A stretch of 31,387 nt of DNA. It comes from a virus. Lineage: Duplodnaviria > Caudoviricetes. Location of the stretch: positions 1 to 31,387 of the IMG/VR virus record IMGVR_UViG_3300038520_000101. The stretch is one strand, 5' to 3'. How positions within the stretch are numbered: position 1 is the first letter of the stretch; each line of letters starts with the position of its first letter. Under the pieces are notes generated by a model, which did not search any database, was not told the origin of the DNA, and saw only the letters and a list, made by a program, of their open reading frames with translations. A program made the translations under genes and the position numbers. Positions 11,833 to 21,741 of this stretch are shown here, piece after piece.

Positions 11833-14055
11833 TTACCCTTTCAGTAGAAGTGTTGTTGCAGCTAGAGCCTTGCCAGCCGTGACTGTAGTGCTTGCCGCGC
11901 TAGTATTATATTGGTAAATAGCATCTGTACCAGAGTCGCTAATAAAAAAGGCAGTTCCGTCCGTGTTAAATGCTACACCGTTTGGTGAAGATGCTTGCGA
12001 AGAAAGTGAAAACTCAGAATCCGATGAAGCAGTAGATATATCGAACGGAGTTGACAACGTGTATCTAATTAATTTATCGCCAACAACTCCTGTTATAAAC
12101 ATTAATGAACCTGAGTTCACAAAGGTTAGACCTTGTGGACTGTCATCTTGCGCAGTAACGGATAAATCCCTAGTAAAACTTACAGAGGACAAATCAAATC
12201 CAGAAGAAAGTGCGTACTGATATACTTTGTCATTTCCAGTTCCAACGACATACATTGATGTACCATCAGTATTAAATGCAATATCTTTTGGATTTGTATC
12301 TTGGCTTATAGAAGTGTCTCGTGTATGTGACGCTGTGGAAACATCAAACCCTGCACTCAAAGCATACTCACTGACTCTAGCTGGGCCTTGTCCTACTACG
12401 AACATTTTCGTACCATTTGCATTAAACGCAACTCCAGTAGGATCAGTTTGTTGAGAACCAACTGAAAAACTGTCCACGAATGACCCGGTTGATACGTCAA
12501 AGCCTGTCGAAAGAGTGTACTCGTTTATATCGTTACCTTGATCCCCTACAACAAACAGCTTTGTACCATCTGTATTAAACGCAAGTCCCTCTGGTAGAGT
12601 ATCCTCCCCAGAAACATCCAAACTCTTGCTTGCATAAGATGCGCTAGATATATCGAAAGAAACGTAGTCTGATGCTAAACTCCCATCATTCTGAACGTAA
12701 TATGTAGTTCCCGGAGTTAAAGTCAAACCTAAACTTGCGTTAGTAATCACCCCGCCCTCGACAACCACTTCGCCTGATGCTGTGTCGTTGATAGCTTGAT
12801 TGGTGATGCCTACGAAGTCCGTGTTATTAGTAAACGAATTAGTTATAACCCGAGCATCACCACTACTAGAGCCGTTTGCAAAACTAAACACTACTTTTTC
12901 GTTACTAGAGTCGTAAGCGGCTCCAATGTAATCTTGATTGGTTCCAAAAGTAGTGGAAGAAGAAAAAGAAATGGATGTGCCGCTCACAGTCCCTTCTACA
13001 AAAGTGCATGTATTAGACGAGTTTGTATTAGTCCAAACAAAAACAACCTTATTTGCTTTGGTGTTATATACAGCTCTTGAGTAAGTTCCATAATACTCCC
13101 CAGTAGCAAAAACAACGGGAGTCCCCCAAGTTACACTTGTTCCGCTTACAGTGCCGACAGACGCATAACCATTTGAAGTATTAAACCGATAAGCTATAAC
13201 AAATTTATCACTAGAGGTGTCATAAGCTATTCGCATATAAGTGCCATTATCAGTAGTTACTGTGGCCTCAGAACCAAAAGAAATACTTGAACCGGATACT
13301 GTGCCAACAACCGCCAACACATCATTGTTGTTATTGTCATACCCTATGACTACTTTTCCTGCATCTGGACTGTAAGCCACACACGGGTAATTAACGGTGT
13401 TGCTTTTAAAAACAACTCTGGAACCCCAAGATATGCTTGTCCCACTAACCGTCCCTATGTGGCAAGAACCATAGTTGTCTACAGCACCATCTTTATAAAC
13501 AAAGACAACTCTCTGAGCGGTTGCGTCATAAGTCATATCTGAAAGATACGGATTTGCCCCAGACATGGAGGCGTTGGTATTAGCTTTACTTCCAAAAGAA
13601 ATGCTAGTGCCTGATACAGTTCCTACCAGAGCATACACAATATCTGTACCAGCAGTTTCTCTGTAAGTACAAACTACTTTTTGATTCGTAGAGTCATAAA
13701 CAACATGAAAAGCACCTGTGGATTGGTCTGTGTCAGCTTGGACAGGTGTGCCAAAGGATATTGATGTACCGCTTACTGTTCCTACAACACCTGTGGGCCT
13801 GTAGCTGTTTGCATAATCGCAATAAAAAACAACTATTTTGCCACTATTAGAATCATAAGCTGCTGCTGTGTTTTGTGTTCTAGCTGATTCAAAAGACGTT
13901 GCGGAACCAGTGGAAGTGGTTGCGCCTTCTACCACACTAACCGTCCCATTAGTGTTTAATACTACCGTCTCACCCGTAGCCAGATTACCACTGGCCGTAG
14001 CCGTTATGACTTTTGCGCCGCCACCTGCTGGCAGTAAATCGCTTAGATTGCTCAT
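11833..14055 (-). CDS. Receptor-binding/appendage protein paralogue C (two different propeller-like repeat domains)
   Basis: 740 aa; MSNLSDLLP start; VGTVSGTSISFG repeats, then a second repeat type (FN.DGT..FVVG / Y.LS..FD.S). Confidence 0.7.
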   Translation of the reverse strand: MSNLSDLLPAGGGAKVITATASGNLATGETVVLNTNGTVSVVEGATTSTGSATSFESARTQNTAAAYDSNSGKIVVFYCDYANSYRPTGVVGTVSGTSISFGTPVQADTDQSTGAFHVVYDSTNQKVVCTYRETAGTDIVYALVGTVSGTSISFGSKANTNASMSGANPYLSDMTYDATAQRVVFVYKDGAVDNYGSCHIGTVSGTSISWGSRVVFKSNTVNYPCVAYSPDAGKVVIGYDNNNNDVLAVVGTVSGSSISFGSEATVTTDNGTYMRIAYDTSSDKFVIAYRFNTSNGYASVGTVSGTSVTWGTPVVFATGEYYGTYSRAVYNTKANKVVFVWTNTNSSNTCTFVEGTVSGTSISFSSSTTFGTNQDYIGAAYDSSNEKVVFSFANGSSSGDARVITNSFTNNTDFVGITNQAINDTASGEVVVEGGVITNASLGLTLTPGTTYYVQNDGSLASDYVSFDISSASYASKSLDVSGEDTLPEGLAFNTDGTKLFVVGDQGNDINEYTLSTGFDVSTGSFVDSFSVGSQQTDPTGVAFNANGTKMFVVGQGPARVSEYALSAGFDVSTASHTRDTSISQDTNPKDIAFNTDGTSMYVVGTGNDKVYQYALSSGFDLSSVSFTRDLSVTAQDDSPQGLTFVNSGSLMFITGVVGDKLIRYTLSTPFDISTASSDSEFSLSSQASSPNGVAFNTDGTAFFISDSGTDAIYQYNTSAASTTVTAGKALAATTLLLKG

Positions 14056-16607
14056 GTGCTGTAATCCAGATTGATGCTGTTAGTGGACATCGCTTTGCCA
14101 GCGGTCACTGAAGAAGATGTGGTGCTGAGTGTGCCGTCATCTTGGACGTAGTAGGTCGTGTTTGGCACGAGGTTGGGATAACCGCTTGTTATCTGCAACC
14201 CTTTTGCTGTTCCGTAGTTACTGTTGCCGCCATCTCTGTAAGCAATCACAGTCGTGTTTTGGCTCGAATCAAAAGTAATAGCAACGTAATTACTATAATT
14301 GGTGTTAAAAGTAACAGGAGTTTCAAAACTAACTGATGTACCTGACACAGAACCTATCGCGTATCGGCCAGCAGGGGTTCCAGAAATCGAGTATGCAGCG
14401 ACAACTACGTTTGAATTGCTGTCAAAAGAAATATTTGGGTAACTCACGTTGCCCGTGGTGTCAATCACAACAGGAGTGCCAAAGGTTATGTCCGTGCCAG
14501 ACACAGTTCCTACAGCAGCAGTTATGTAATTAGAATTTGCGGTGTCCTCATAAGCAACTACAACTTTATTAGAGTTGCTATCAAACGTAACATCCAGACC
14601 ATTGTCTATAGTCGCATTATTTGAAAAATTAGCCTCTGACCCAAACGATATAGATGTCCCAGATACAGTGCCAACTTTAGAGTTGCCATTATTAGGTATA
14701 GTTTTGTAGCACACCACAACCTTATTGTTAGATGAGTCAAAAGTAACAGTAGGTGAGGTAGAACCTCCACTATTGAAAACGACTTCTGTACCAAAGCTAA
14801 TGCTCGTGCCTGACACAGTGCCTACGATGGCTGTGCCGTATGAACTATTACCACCATCCCTATACGAAATAACTACTTTGTTTAAATTACTGTCAAAGGT
14901 AGCGTCTATAAGAGTAGTGGCGGCTGCTGCAAAAACCACAGGGGAGCCAAAGGATATGGAAGTTCCAGAAACTGTGCCTACGATTGCTGTGCCGTGTTCA
15001 GAGTTTCCCACATCAGAATAAGCTATAACTATTTTGTTGTTTGAAGAGTCAAAAGTCACAGCAACATAGCTGGTTGAAGCAGCCTCGAATACAACCGGAG
15101 TACCCCAAGTAATACCTGTGCCGGACACAGTGCCCACCGCAGCGGTTCCGTGACTAGAGTTACCGTCATCTTTGTAGGCAACCACCACTCTGTTATTACT
15201 GCTGTCAAAGGCCATACCCTGATATTCTGCTTGGGCAGACTCGTAAACAGCCGCAGAGCCTAGTGATCCTGTATAAGCCAAAGGCAACAACTGACTGTTA
15301 GTCGCCACACCGCCCTTCATCGTGATCTTGCCGCTTGCTCCATTGGATATGGCTGCGTCTGCTATGCCTAAAAAGCTCGTGTTCGATGGCCCTCCTGTAT
15401 ACACAAAACCATTGCCTGTATTAGCATCATCGTCCGAGAAAAATATGGCATATTGATCCGCAGCAGTGTCGTAAGTCACTGATGGAAATCTAAACTCTTC
15501 GCTAGTGATAGCCATCACTTGCACATCTGTTCCGGGTGTTAGGCTTGTGCCACTTATCGCCACCTCGTTAGCCAGCCCTCCATAGGTGGAACTGCTTTTC
15601 CACACCACAAGTATTTTTCCCGTATCAGGGTTGTAACCTAAAGCTATTCTATCCCCTATAGGCACAGCACTAATTACGACAGGAGTTCCTGCGCTGACAG
15701 TCGATCCACTTAGAGAAATAACACAACCAGTGACCGCACCTGAGTTCCCTTGGTCTTTGTAAACCACTAAGGTTTTATTGTTCGTTGTGTCAAATACTGC
15801 ATTTGCTTCTTCAATTTGTGCGCCTTCAAACTCAACAGCGGAACCGAAAGTGTACGAACTGCCTGACAATTCACCTGCTATGGCGTATCCGTGACCAGAA
15901 TCGCCATTGTTACCATAAGCAACTAACAGTCGGTCAGCAGAGGTATCATAAACGGCTGACAGATAAGAACTACTTGCGCTGTTAAAAACAGTTTTTGTGG
16001 TTCCGCTTATGCTTGTCCCACTTACTGTTAAAGGTATAGCCGTTCCATAATAGCTATTACCCGCATCTGTAAAAACGGCTATAACTTTATTAGTGTCTGG
16101 GTCGAACGCTCCCGATATGTAGTTAGTATCAGCGTTGTTAATTTGATGTGCTGAACCAAAGCTAATTGATGTTCCACTCACCGTTCCAACGATAGCGTAT
16201 ACTTTGTCATTGGCATTATCCCAGTACAAAATAACCATTTTGTTGGAATTTGTGTCATAAATACATTTAGGCTTTCTGCCGTCCGAAGAACCGCTAAAAG
16301 TGGTCTCACTCCCAAAACTTATTGTGGTACCACTAACCGTCCCAACGACAGCCTTACCTTTATTACTGTCGCCCACGTCCTGATACGCCACAACAATCTT
16401 GCCTGTGTCTGGATCAAAAGCTGAATCTATGTTTTCGCATTCGGCTGACTCAAATGTGGCCTCCGCACCTGTAGGCCCAGTAATGGCGGAAACTGTGCCA
16501 TCAGACTTTAACGCAACAGCCTGACCATTGCTGATAGCACCTGTGGCAACGAAATTTAGCTGCTTACTGGCCGCACCTGCTGGTAAAAGATCGCTTAGAT
16601 TTGTCAT
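14052..16607 (-). CDS. Receptor-binding/appendage protein paralogue B (two similar propeller-like domains)
   Basis: 851 aa; MTNLSDLLP start; many ~45-50 aa repeats FDS..NK.V..Y.D.GNS..GTA.VGTVSGT.ISFG. Confidence 0.7.
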   Translation of the reverse strand: MTNLSDLLPAGAASKQLNFVATGAISNGQAVALKSDGTVSAITGPTGAEATFESAECENIDSAFDPDTGKIVVAYQDVGDSNKGKAVVGTVSGTTISFGSETTFSGSSDGRKPKCIYDTNSNKMVILYWDNANDKVYAIVGTVSGTSISFGSAHQINNADTNYISGAFDPDTNKVIAVFTDAGNSYYGTAIPLTVSGTSISGTTKTVFNSASSSYLSAVYDTSADRLLVAYGNNGDSGHGYAIAGELSGSSYTFGSAVEFEGAQIEEANAVFDTTNNKTLVVYKDQGNSGAVTGCVISLSGSTVSAGTPVVISAVPIGDRIALGYNPDTGKILVVWKSSSTYGGLANEVAISGTSLTPGTDVQVMAITSEEFRFPSVTYDTAADQYAIFFSDDDANTGNGFVYTGGPSNTSFLGIADAAISNGASGKITMKGGVATNSQLLPLAYTGSLGSAAVYESAQAEYQGMAFDSSNNRVVVAYKDDGNSSHGTAAVGTVSGTGITWGTPVVFEAASTSYVAVTFDSSNNKIVIAYSDVGNSEHGTAIVGTVSGTSISFGSPVVFAAAATTLIDATFDSNLNKVVISYRDGGNSSYGTAIVGTVSGTSISFGTEVVFNSGGSTSPTVTFDSSNNKVVVCYKTIPNNGNSKVGTVSGTSISFGSEANFSNNATIDNGLDVTFDSNSNKVVVAYEDTANSNYITAAVGTVSGTDITFGTPVVIDTTGNVSYPNISFDSNSNVVVAAYSISGTPAGRYAIGSVSGTSVSFETPVTFNTNYSNYVAITFDSSQNTTVIAYRDGGNSNYGTAKGLQITSGYPNLVPNTTYYVQDDGTLSTTSSSVTAGKAMSTNSINLDYST

Positions 16608-18133
16608 GTCAAATCCATCATGTTAATTGTTGTGGCAGTGACAGCCCGTCCTATCTTTACCGCTGGGCTTGTGCTGGTGGTAGAAATACTGCCATCGTTT
16701 TGAACGTAGTAATCAGAGCCAATAGTCAGTGAAGACTGCTTGCTGTTGATGCTGCCCTTGACGTTAATCTTGCCTGTTGCGGTATCTGATATTGCAGCGT
16801 CTGCTAGACCAATAAAATCAGCTACGTTGCCACTTGCGAACTGACCAAGCTGTACTTGTCCGTCATTGTCGCTGTCTAATACAAATACAAACCCCACATA
16901 ACCAGAAGAAGTGCCGCCGTTGAAAAAAGGTTGTTGCGGGTATCCAGCCGCCGAGTTGTCGTGCATCAATGTATTGGCCGTAAAAGTTATTGTGTTGTTG
17001 GTATCGCTGTCATCGTAAGTGCCTACCGCTACATACAAATCGGTAGTGGCATCTTCAACGTAGCCCACCAGTAACGACCCATTGGACGCATTTTTATCGA
17101 ACACAAAACGACGACTTTCTGAAACATTGCCATTGTAGTAAGTAGCCTCAGTTCCAGCAGTTATCGTAGCACTGCTACCCGTGCCACTTAACGTAATTAT
17201 TTGACATTTACCAACACTCGATATTTCGTAAGCTATTGCACATTTGAGTTTATTATTCGGATCGAATGTCACGAAGTATCCATCTCCACCCTCTGCTGAT
17301 TTTACAGTCTGCACGGAGCTTAAAGACGGTGTGACTCCAGAGATGCCTGCTGTGATAACTTGCACATAAAGGTTGCTGGCTCCTCTTACGCCGATTACAA
17401 ATGTCCCATCAGAATTACAATCAACGCCCATATTTACAGATAGATTTGCGGAATAATTGACCTTATTACCAGCGGATATGCTAGTTCCAGAGTATGTCCC
17501 GCAGTGAAACGCCATACTGGAGTCACCCTGCCTGTATAAGATACAACCAAAGGTTGGAGTGCTTGTTTTTGATAGGTCAAAAGCAATTCTTCCCGGTCGT
17601 ATGGTCTTGTCATCCGTAAAAGAAGTGCTCCTAGAATAAAGCGTATCGGCACTGCCGAAAGAAGAACTGGTTCCAGAAAGAGTTCCTACTTTGGCTCGAA
17701 TGCCGATTGTCGGGTAATAATAAATAATTACTATTTTATCTGCATTAAGTGGGTCAAATGCGAAACAAACACCAGTATTAGACGCAACGCTATCGACAAC
17801 GACTGCTGTTCCGAATGTAATTACCCCTGCCTCGCTTATAGTCCCTAAAATAAAAGCTGGATAACTACTACCGTTTTTGAACGCTACGCCTACTCGATTG
17901 GAATTATGAGGATCAAATTGGATATCTGTCCCATAAGATTTGTTTGCGTTGGTGTCAAACTCGTTTATAGAGCCAAGCGGCAACTGAGCAGCGTTTCCTG
18001 TAGCACTTATCGCCTTAACCTTACCTGCACTGGTCAGAGCAACCGCTTGGCCGCTGCTTATAGAACCGTCAGCAACAAAATCAACAATGTTCTGCCCACC
18101 ACCGCTGGGCAGCAGATCAGAAAGATTACTCAT
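16604..18133 (-). CDS. Receptor-binding/appendage protein paralogue A (one divergent propeller-like domain)
   Basis: 509 aa; MSNLSDLLP start; FDP.N repeats; shared YYVQNDG C-terminus. Confidence 0.7.
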   Translation of the reverse strand: MSNLSDLLPSGGGQNIVDFVADGSISSGQAVALTSAGKVKAISATGNAAQLPLGSINEFDTNANKSYGTDIQFDPHNSNRVGVAFKNGSSYPAFILGTISEAGVITFGTAVVVDSVASNTGVCFAFDPLNADKIVIIYYYPTIGIRAKVGTLSGTSSSFGSADTLYSRSTSFTDDKTIRPGRIAFDLSKTSTPTFGCILYRQGDSSMAFHCGTYSGTSISAGNKVNYSANLSVNMGVDCNSDGTFVIGVRGASNLYVQVITAGISGVTPSLSSVQTVKSAEGGDGYFVTFDPNNKLKCAIAYEISSVGKCQIITLSGTGSSATITAGTEATYYNGNVSESRRFVFDKNASNGSLLVGYVEDATTDLYVAVGTYDDSDTNNTITFTANTLMHDNSAAGYPQQPFFNGGTSSGYVGFVFVLDSDNDGQVQLGQFASGNVADFIGLADAAISDTATGKINVKGSINSKQSSLTIGSDYYVQNDGSISTTSTSPAVKIGRAVTATTINMMDLT

Positions 18134-19122
18134 TAGACGCTCCAGCCTATAGTGCCGTTGATGTAGGTCATCACGATCTCAGCGAAGTTCTTGTCGAAGG
18201 TCAGGTCGCTTGCGCTTGATGCTATGTTTGAACTGTTCCTGCCTACCGTGAAACTACTGGTAGCAGCAGCACCTGTGCCGTCCTTGATAACAACGACATC
18301 TCCAGCAGAAGGGCCAGCGGGTAGAGTGATGGTAACGCTTGCGGCTGTTACCACAACGTAATCCCTGTTACTCGCTGTATAGTTGACGCCCTTCAGGAGA
18401 GGGACTATCGCGCCAGAGCCGCCATTGGCAAAGGGCAAAACTCCGGTGACGTTTGTAGTTAGGTTGCAATACTGAGTAGCAGAGCTTCCCGTGCCGCCGT
18501 TAGCGGTAGGCAGAGTTCCTGTTACGTTACTTGCCAGATTGCAATATGCGGTAGCTGTGGAGCCTGTACCGCCATTTCCTGTGCCTAGCGTACCCGCTAG
18601 GGTGATTGTTCCAGACGAGGTAATAGGGCCACCAGAGGCTGTCAGACCTGTGCTTCCTCCAGACACCTGAACAGAAGTGACCGTTCCGCCTCCAGCTTCG
18701 GTGAAGTTTGCATCAAAAACCGCAGCACCCGCACCAGCTCCATCTGAATACACATACTTCTTTGTTCCGGTAGGTATGGTTACCGTAGCTCCAGAACCCT
18801 GTTTAATAATAATGCTCTGACTGCCAGAGGTTGCATTCTCAATCATCCAGACCTTGGATACAGTATTCGGCCCAAGTGTTATGGTTCTCGTGGTGCTGAG
18901 CGAGGTTGCAGAAGTTATCTTCAGATACAGAGAACGAGAGCCGTCAGCAGAGCCATCAGGCATAGTGAAGGTTTCATCAGCATCCGAAGACATCTGTTTC
19001 GTGCCTTGGCTGAACGCATCTGCTACTAGTGACAAGTTAGTATTAGTGGATGTACCCCAAGTACCGGACTCATCACCTGTGGCTATTTCTTTCAGCCTTA
19101 AATCATTTGTATAAGTTGCCAT
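18133..19122 (-). CDS. Tail fibre protein
   Basis: 329 aa; GDESGTWGTSTNTNL anchor, GTL...NGGTG repeats, C-terminal VTITLPAGPSAGDVVVIKD domain. Confidence 0.7.
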   Translation of the reverse strand: MATYTNDLRLKEIATGDESGTWGTSTNTNLSLVADAFSQGTKQMSSDADETFTMPDGSADGSRSLYLKITSATSLSTTRTITLGPNTVSKVWMIENATSGSQSIIIKQGSGATVTIPTGTKKYVYSDGAGAGAAVFDANFTEAGGGTVTSVQVSGGSTGLTASGGPITSSGTITLAGTLGTGNGGTGSTATAYCNLASNVTGTLPTANGGTGSSATQYCNLTTNVTGVLPFANGGSGAIVPLLKGVNYTASNRDYVVVTAASVTITLPAGPSAGDVVVIKDGTGAAATSSFTVGRNSSNIASSASDLTFDKNFAEIVMTYINGTIGWSV

Positions 19123-19134
19123 GTTTTACCTCAA

Positions 19135-19857
19135 TCAGGGTATGTCCACCCAATTCGGAGTTTGTGAAGGGAGCAGGTTAATCCAGTTTGGATTCTGTGA
19201 TGGATCAACATCCTGCCAGATAAGCACTCTGCCCACCTGACCAGTGACCTGTATGCCATTTACGCTTATCGAACTTCCGGCAGCAGGGGCTACTGACCCA
19301 ACAGAAGACGTAGAACTTACGCCTGTAAGATTGATTTCTAGGACTAACTCAACGCCAACCGTGCCAAGCGTAGAAGTTGCCTGCAACCCTGTTGGTGAGA
19401 TGTTAGCAGGAGCAACAACGCTGAAACCAGAGCCGATTGCGGATGTCGCTGCTACACCTGTAGGAAAGACACCAGTGGTTTGCTGTACTCCAGTAGTGCC
19501 AACACCGCCTGTTGCGGTTACGCCTGTTGCTGTTACCTGCGCGTTGTGATGAACAACAACACTGCCGACAGAGGCTGTGGCTACAACACTGCTTACCGCC
19601 ACTTGGCCCGGAGCCAGAACCTGAGCTGACCCAACTACACCTGTAGCTTCAAGACCTGTCAGATTTACTGTGGCTCCAGCAACGATACCTGCCGCAACCG
19701 TTCCTACCTGACCAGTGGCCTCTAAGCCTAATGATCGGCCCCAAGCGCCATCACCCCACGCTCCACGACCCCAACCACCTATTACTACGATTTGGGTTGT
19801 ATCTTCGCCCCAGCTACCATCACCCCAAGCAGCACGGCCCCAACCCACACCGGACAT
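19135..19857 (-). CDS. Repetitive Gly/Val/Thr-rich virion protein
   Basis: 240 aa; GWGR.AWGDG.WG twice, then ~21 aa (TG..AT..VG.V) repeats, Trp-containing C-terminal repeats. Confidence 0.6.
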   Translation of the reverse strand: MSGVGWGRAAWGDGSWGEDTTQIVVIGGWGRGAWGDGAWGRSLGLEATGQVGTVAAGIVAGATVNLTGLEATGVVGSAQVLAPGQVAVSSVVATASVGSVVVHHNAQVTATGVTATGGVGTTGVQQTTGVFPTGVAATSAIGSGFSVVAPANISPTGLQATSTLGTVGVELVLEINLTGVSSTSSVGSVAPAAGSSISVNGIQVTGQVGRVLIWQDVDPSQNPNWINLLPSQTPNWVDIP

Positions 19858-20291
19858 TAGGCGATCCTAATCAACGCATTGTTTTGATCAGCAGTTGGCA
19901 TAACAATCTTGAAGTCACCAGCAGTAGAGGTCTTGTCTCCACCAAAGTCCAATACCACCACGCTGGGGTCACCAGAAGCGGTGTCGTTGTAAATCAACGC
20001 GCCCCTTGCGGTTATTGTAGCTGTGCTGAACGTGAGATCAGCAAAATCAGTAAAAGCTGTAGTGCCACCAGTAGTAGGTGTGACGTTAGTCAACGTGCCA
20101 CCCCCCGCACTATAGCCAGTACCAGATATCTCGTTAGAAGTTGTGTACGCCGTAGTAGAGGCGTTAAAGCTGGCATTGTTATCATACAACGCTAGTTTGA
20201 ACGTATTGCCTGTACTGTTGGTGAAATTATGCGTAGCAGTCATCAATTCTTTCTTGAAGCTGGTACACATGAAATTGCCTGAAAAAGCCAT
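19857..20291 (-). CDS. Virion structural protein
   Basis: 144 aa; CTSFKKEL..HNF..FKLALY..NEISGTGY.AGG..ARGALIYN pattern typical of phage structural genes. Confidence 0.6.
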   Translation of the reverse strand: MAFSGNFMCTSFKKELMTATHNFTNSTGNTFKLALYDNNASFNASTTAYTTSNEISGTGYSAGGGTLTNVTPTTGGTTAFTDFADLTFSTATITARGALIYNDTASGDPSVVVLDFGGDKTSTAGDFKIVMPTADQNNALIRIA

Positions 20292-20581
20292 TAAAGCCTC
20301 CTTATATGTTCAGCCAAAGAACTTTCTCCGGCGTTGAGTAGTACGTTATATATGTTGGTTCTTTCGCTTCTTGCTGCCTGCTTCATGTAGTGCAAAACAA
20401 TCTTTTCTATGCCCGACTTAAATGCCTCTGCTTGCTGTCGCAAAACCGGATCAGCCGTTGCTGATATTGAAATAATCCTGTTAGCGCAATCTGCCGCTAC
20501 CTCTTCTGGAGTAAACCCACGATTACTCGTAGTCTCTACTCCAACCTGACCTACGCTTGACTGTATATCTACAGTAAACAT
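20291..20581 (-). CDS. Phage hypothetical protein
   Basis: 96 aa, coupled on both sides; TTSNRGFTPEEVA motif. Confidence 0.6.
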   Translation of the reverse strand: MFTVDIQSSVGQVGVETTSNRGFTPEEVAADCANRIISISATADPVLRQQAEAFKSGIEKIVLHYMKQAARSERTNIYNVLLNAGESSLAEHIRRL

Positions 20582-21222
20582 CAGACTCTCAAGCTCCTCA
20601 CTGCGCCAGACCTGTAGCTATCCGTAGTGTCATAGCCTTCGCCAAGCGACTTCAATCTCAAAACAGCATCCTCATACTTGGAAAGATAGAACTCCATCTG
20701 AGGCCCATCTCCCTTCAGGAAGGTGTAGCCTTCAACTAAGCAGCTATACAGCAAAGCGTTCTCAGCGTTAGAGCCTAGCCAGCTTGTGCCGCTTGCGGCT
20801 GTGGTTATTGACTCAGGTTCGTACATATAGTGCAGCTCAACCGCATAGTTAGCATCTGGTGTTGGCCCGATAATAAACCTCGTGTCATCGAATATACTGT
20901 AATACTTTGGCACTCCCTGAGTTGATTCGACAGGATATGCCTCGCGCATGAAGTTTACATCTTTGAAAACTAAGAATTGAGAACCGCTGTTATCGATAGC
21001 AAGAGAGTAAGACGCCAGAAAGTTGTCGGGCATCGTAAGATAAGCATTACCCTGACTCAGGGTTCCAGTTTGATTCCTACGCAGATCAGGTATCTGGACG
21101 CCCCTGAGTATTCTTTGCTCTGCCTGAGTGATTATTAGAGGCAGGTTGTTAACGAAGGTTGTCTCGCTAGACTCCAGATAATCTTGTATAGCTGTCTTTA
21201 GCGTTGTAAACGTAAATGCCAT
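20581..21222 (-). CDS. Head-tail adaptor/tail tubular protein A-like
   Basis: 213 aa; LKTAIQDYLE..I.QAEQRI, G.PKYY, GPTPDANY.VELHY, LLYSCLVE. Confidence 0.6.
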   Translation of the reverse strand: MAFTFTTLKTAIQDYLESSETTFVNNLPLIITQAEQRILRGVQIPDLRRNQTGTLSQGNAYLTMPDNFLASYSLAIDNSGSQFLVFKDVNFMREAYPVESTQGVPKYYSIFDDTRFIIGPTPDANYAVELHYMYEPESITTAASGTSWLGSNAENALLYSCLVEGYTFLKGDGPQMEFYLSKYEDAVLRLKSLGEGYDTTDSYRSGAVRSLRV

Positions 21223-21461
21223 TATCGATATCTCTTTGTTTTCTTAGCTACCTTCTTGGGCTGGGCTGAAAATTGTTTGCCAGCCTTGGTGTCCTTACGC
21301 TTCTTCCTAGTTGTCGCGGCATATTCTTTAGCACTTAATGACTTAATGGCTTTCTCAGGAAGATACCGCTCTCCAGTCTTTGCGCTTGGCTTGCCAGACT
21401 TAGTTCTCCATTTCTGTGAAGTCCAGTTTTTAAGACTTTTTTGCGACTTTTTTAGCGCCAT
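21222..21461 (-). CDS. Small highly basic protein (DUF5872-like C-terminal half)
   Basis: SQKSLKNWTSQKWRTKSG..GERYLPEKAIKSLS..GKQF; family name recalled, not searched. Confidence 0.6.
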   Translation of the reverse strand: MALKKSQKSLKNWTSQKWRTKSGKPSAKTGERYLPEKAIKSLSAKEYAATTRKKRKDTKAGKQFSAQPKKVAKKTKRYR

Positions 21462-21741
21462 GCCTTTTCCTTAATCTCTCTTTAGCTTGCTTTGCAATTT
21501 GCTGCTGCTGCTTTTTGCCTGCCACTTTACTTCTCTGTTCCATGACAGTCAGTATTTGAATCTTTCTAGCAAAGGGCTTCTTGATCTTATTTACTTTAGC
21601 TACAGTAGCTCTAGCATCTGCTGGTGTCGCATACTTGATACCCACAGTATCTTTGGGGTTTTCGTCTGTGTATAACCTTCTGCCAGAGCCTTTCGGCTTT
21701 TTACCTGTTCCTTTCAGCGGGTCTCTTTTTCTGACCGCCAT
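21430..21741 (-). CDS. Small highly basic protein
   Basis: 103 aa, Lys/Arg-rich, core RRLYTDENPKDTVGIKY. Confidence 0.6.
   Translation of the reverse strand: MAVRKRDPLKGTGKKPKGSGRRLYTDENPKDTVGIKYATPADARATVAKVNKIKKPFARKIQILTVMEQRSKVAGKKQQQQIAKQAKERLRKRHGAKKVAKKS

Noticed and set aside
12840-16450. Periodic repeats as a possible CRISPR array
   Set aside because: Repeats are degenerate, in frame and protein-level, not identical DNA repeats with spacers.
11833-18133. Diversity-generating retroelement or invertible fibre cassette
   Set aside because: No reverse transcriptase or recombinase, no near-identical adenine-variant repeat pair noticed, and all genes share one orientation.
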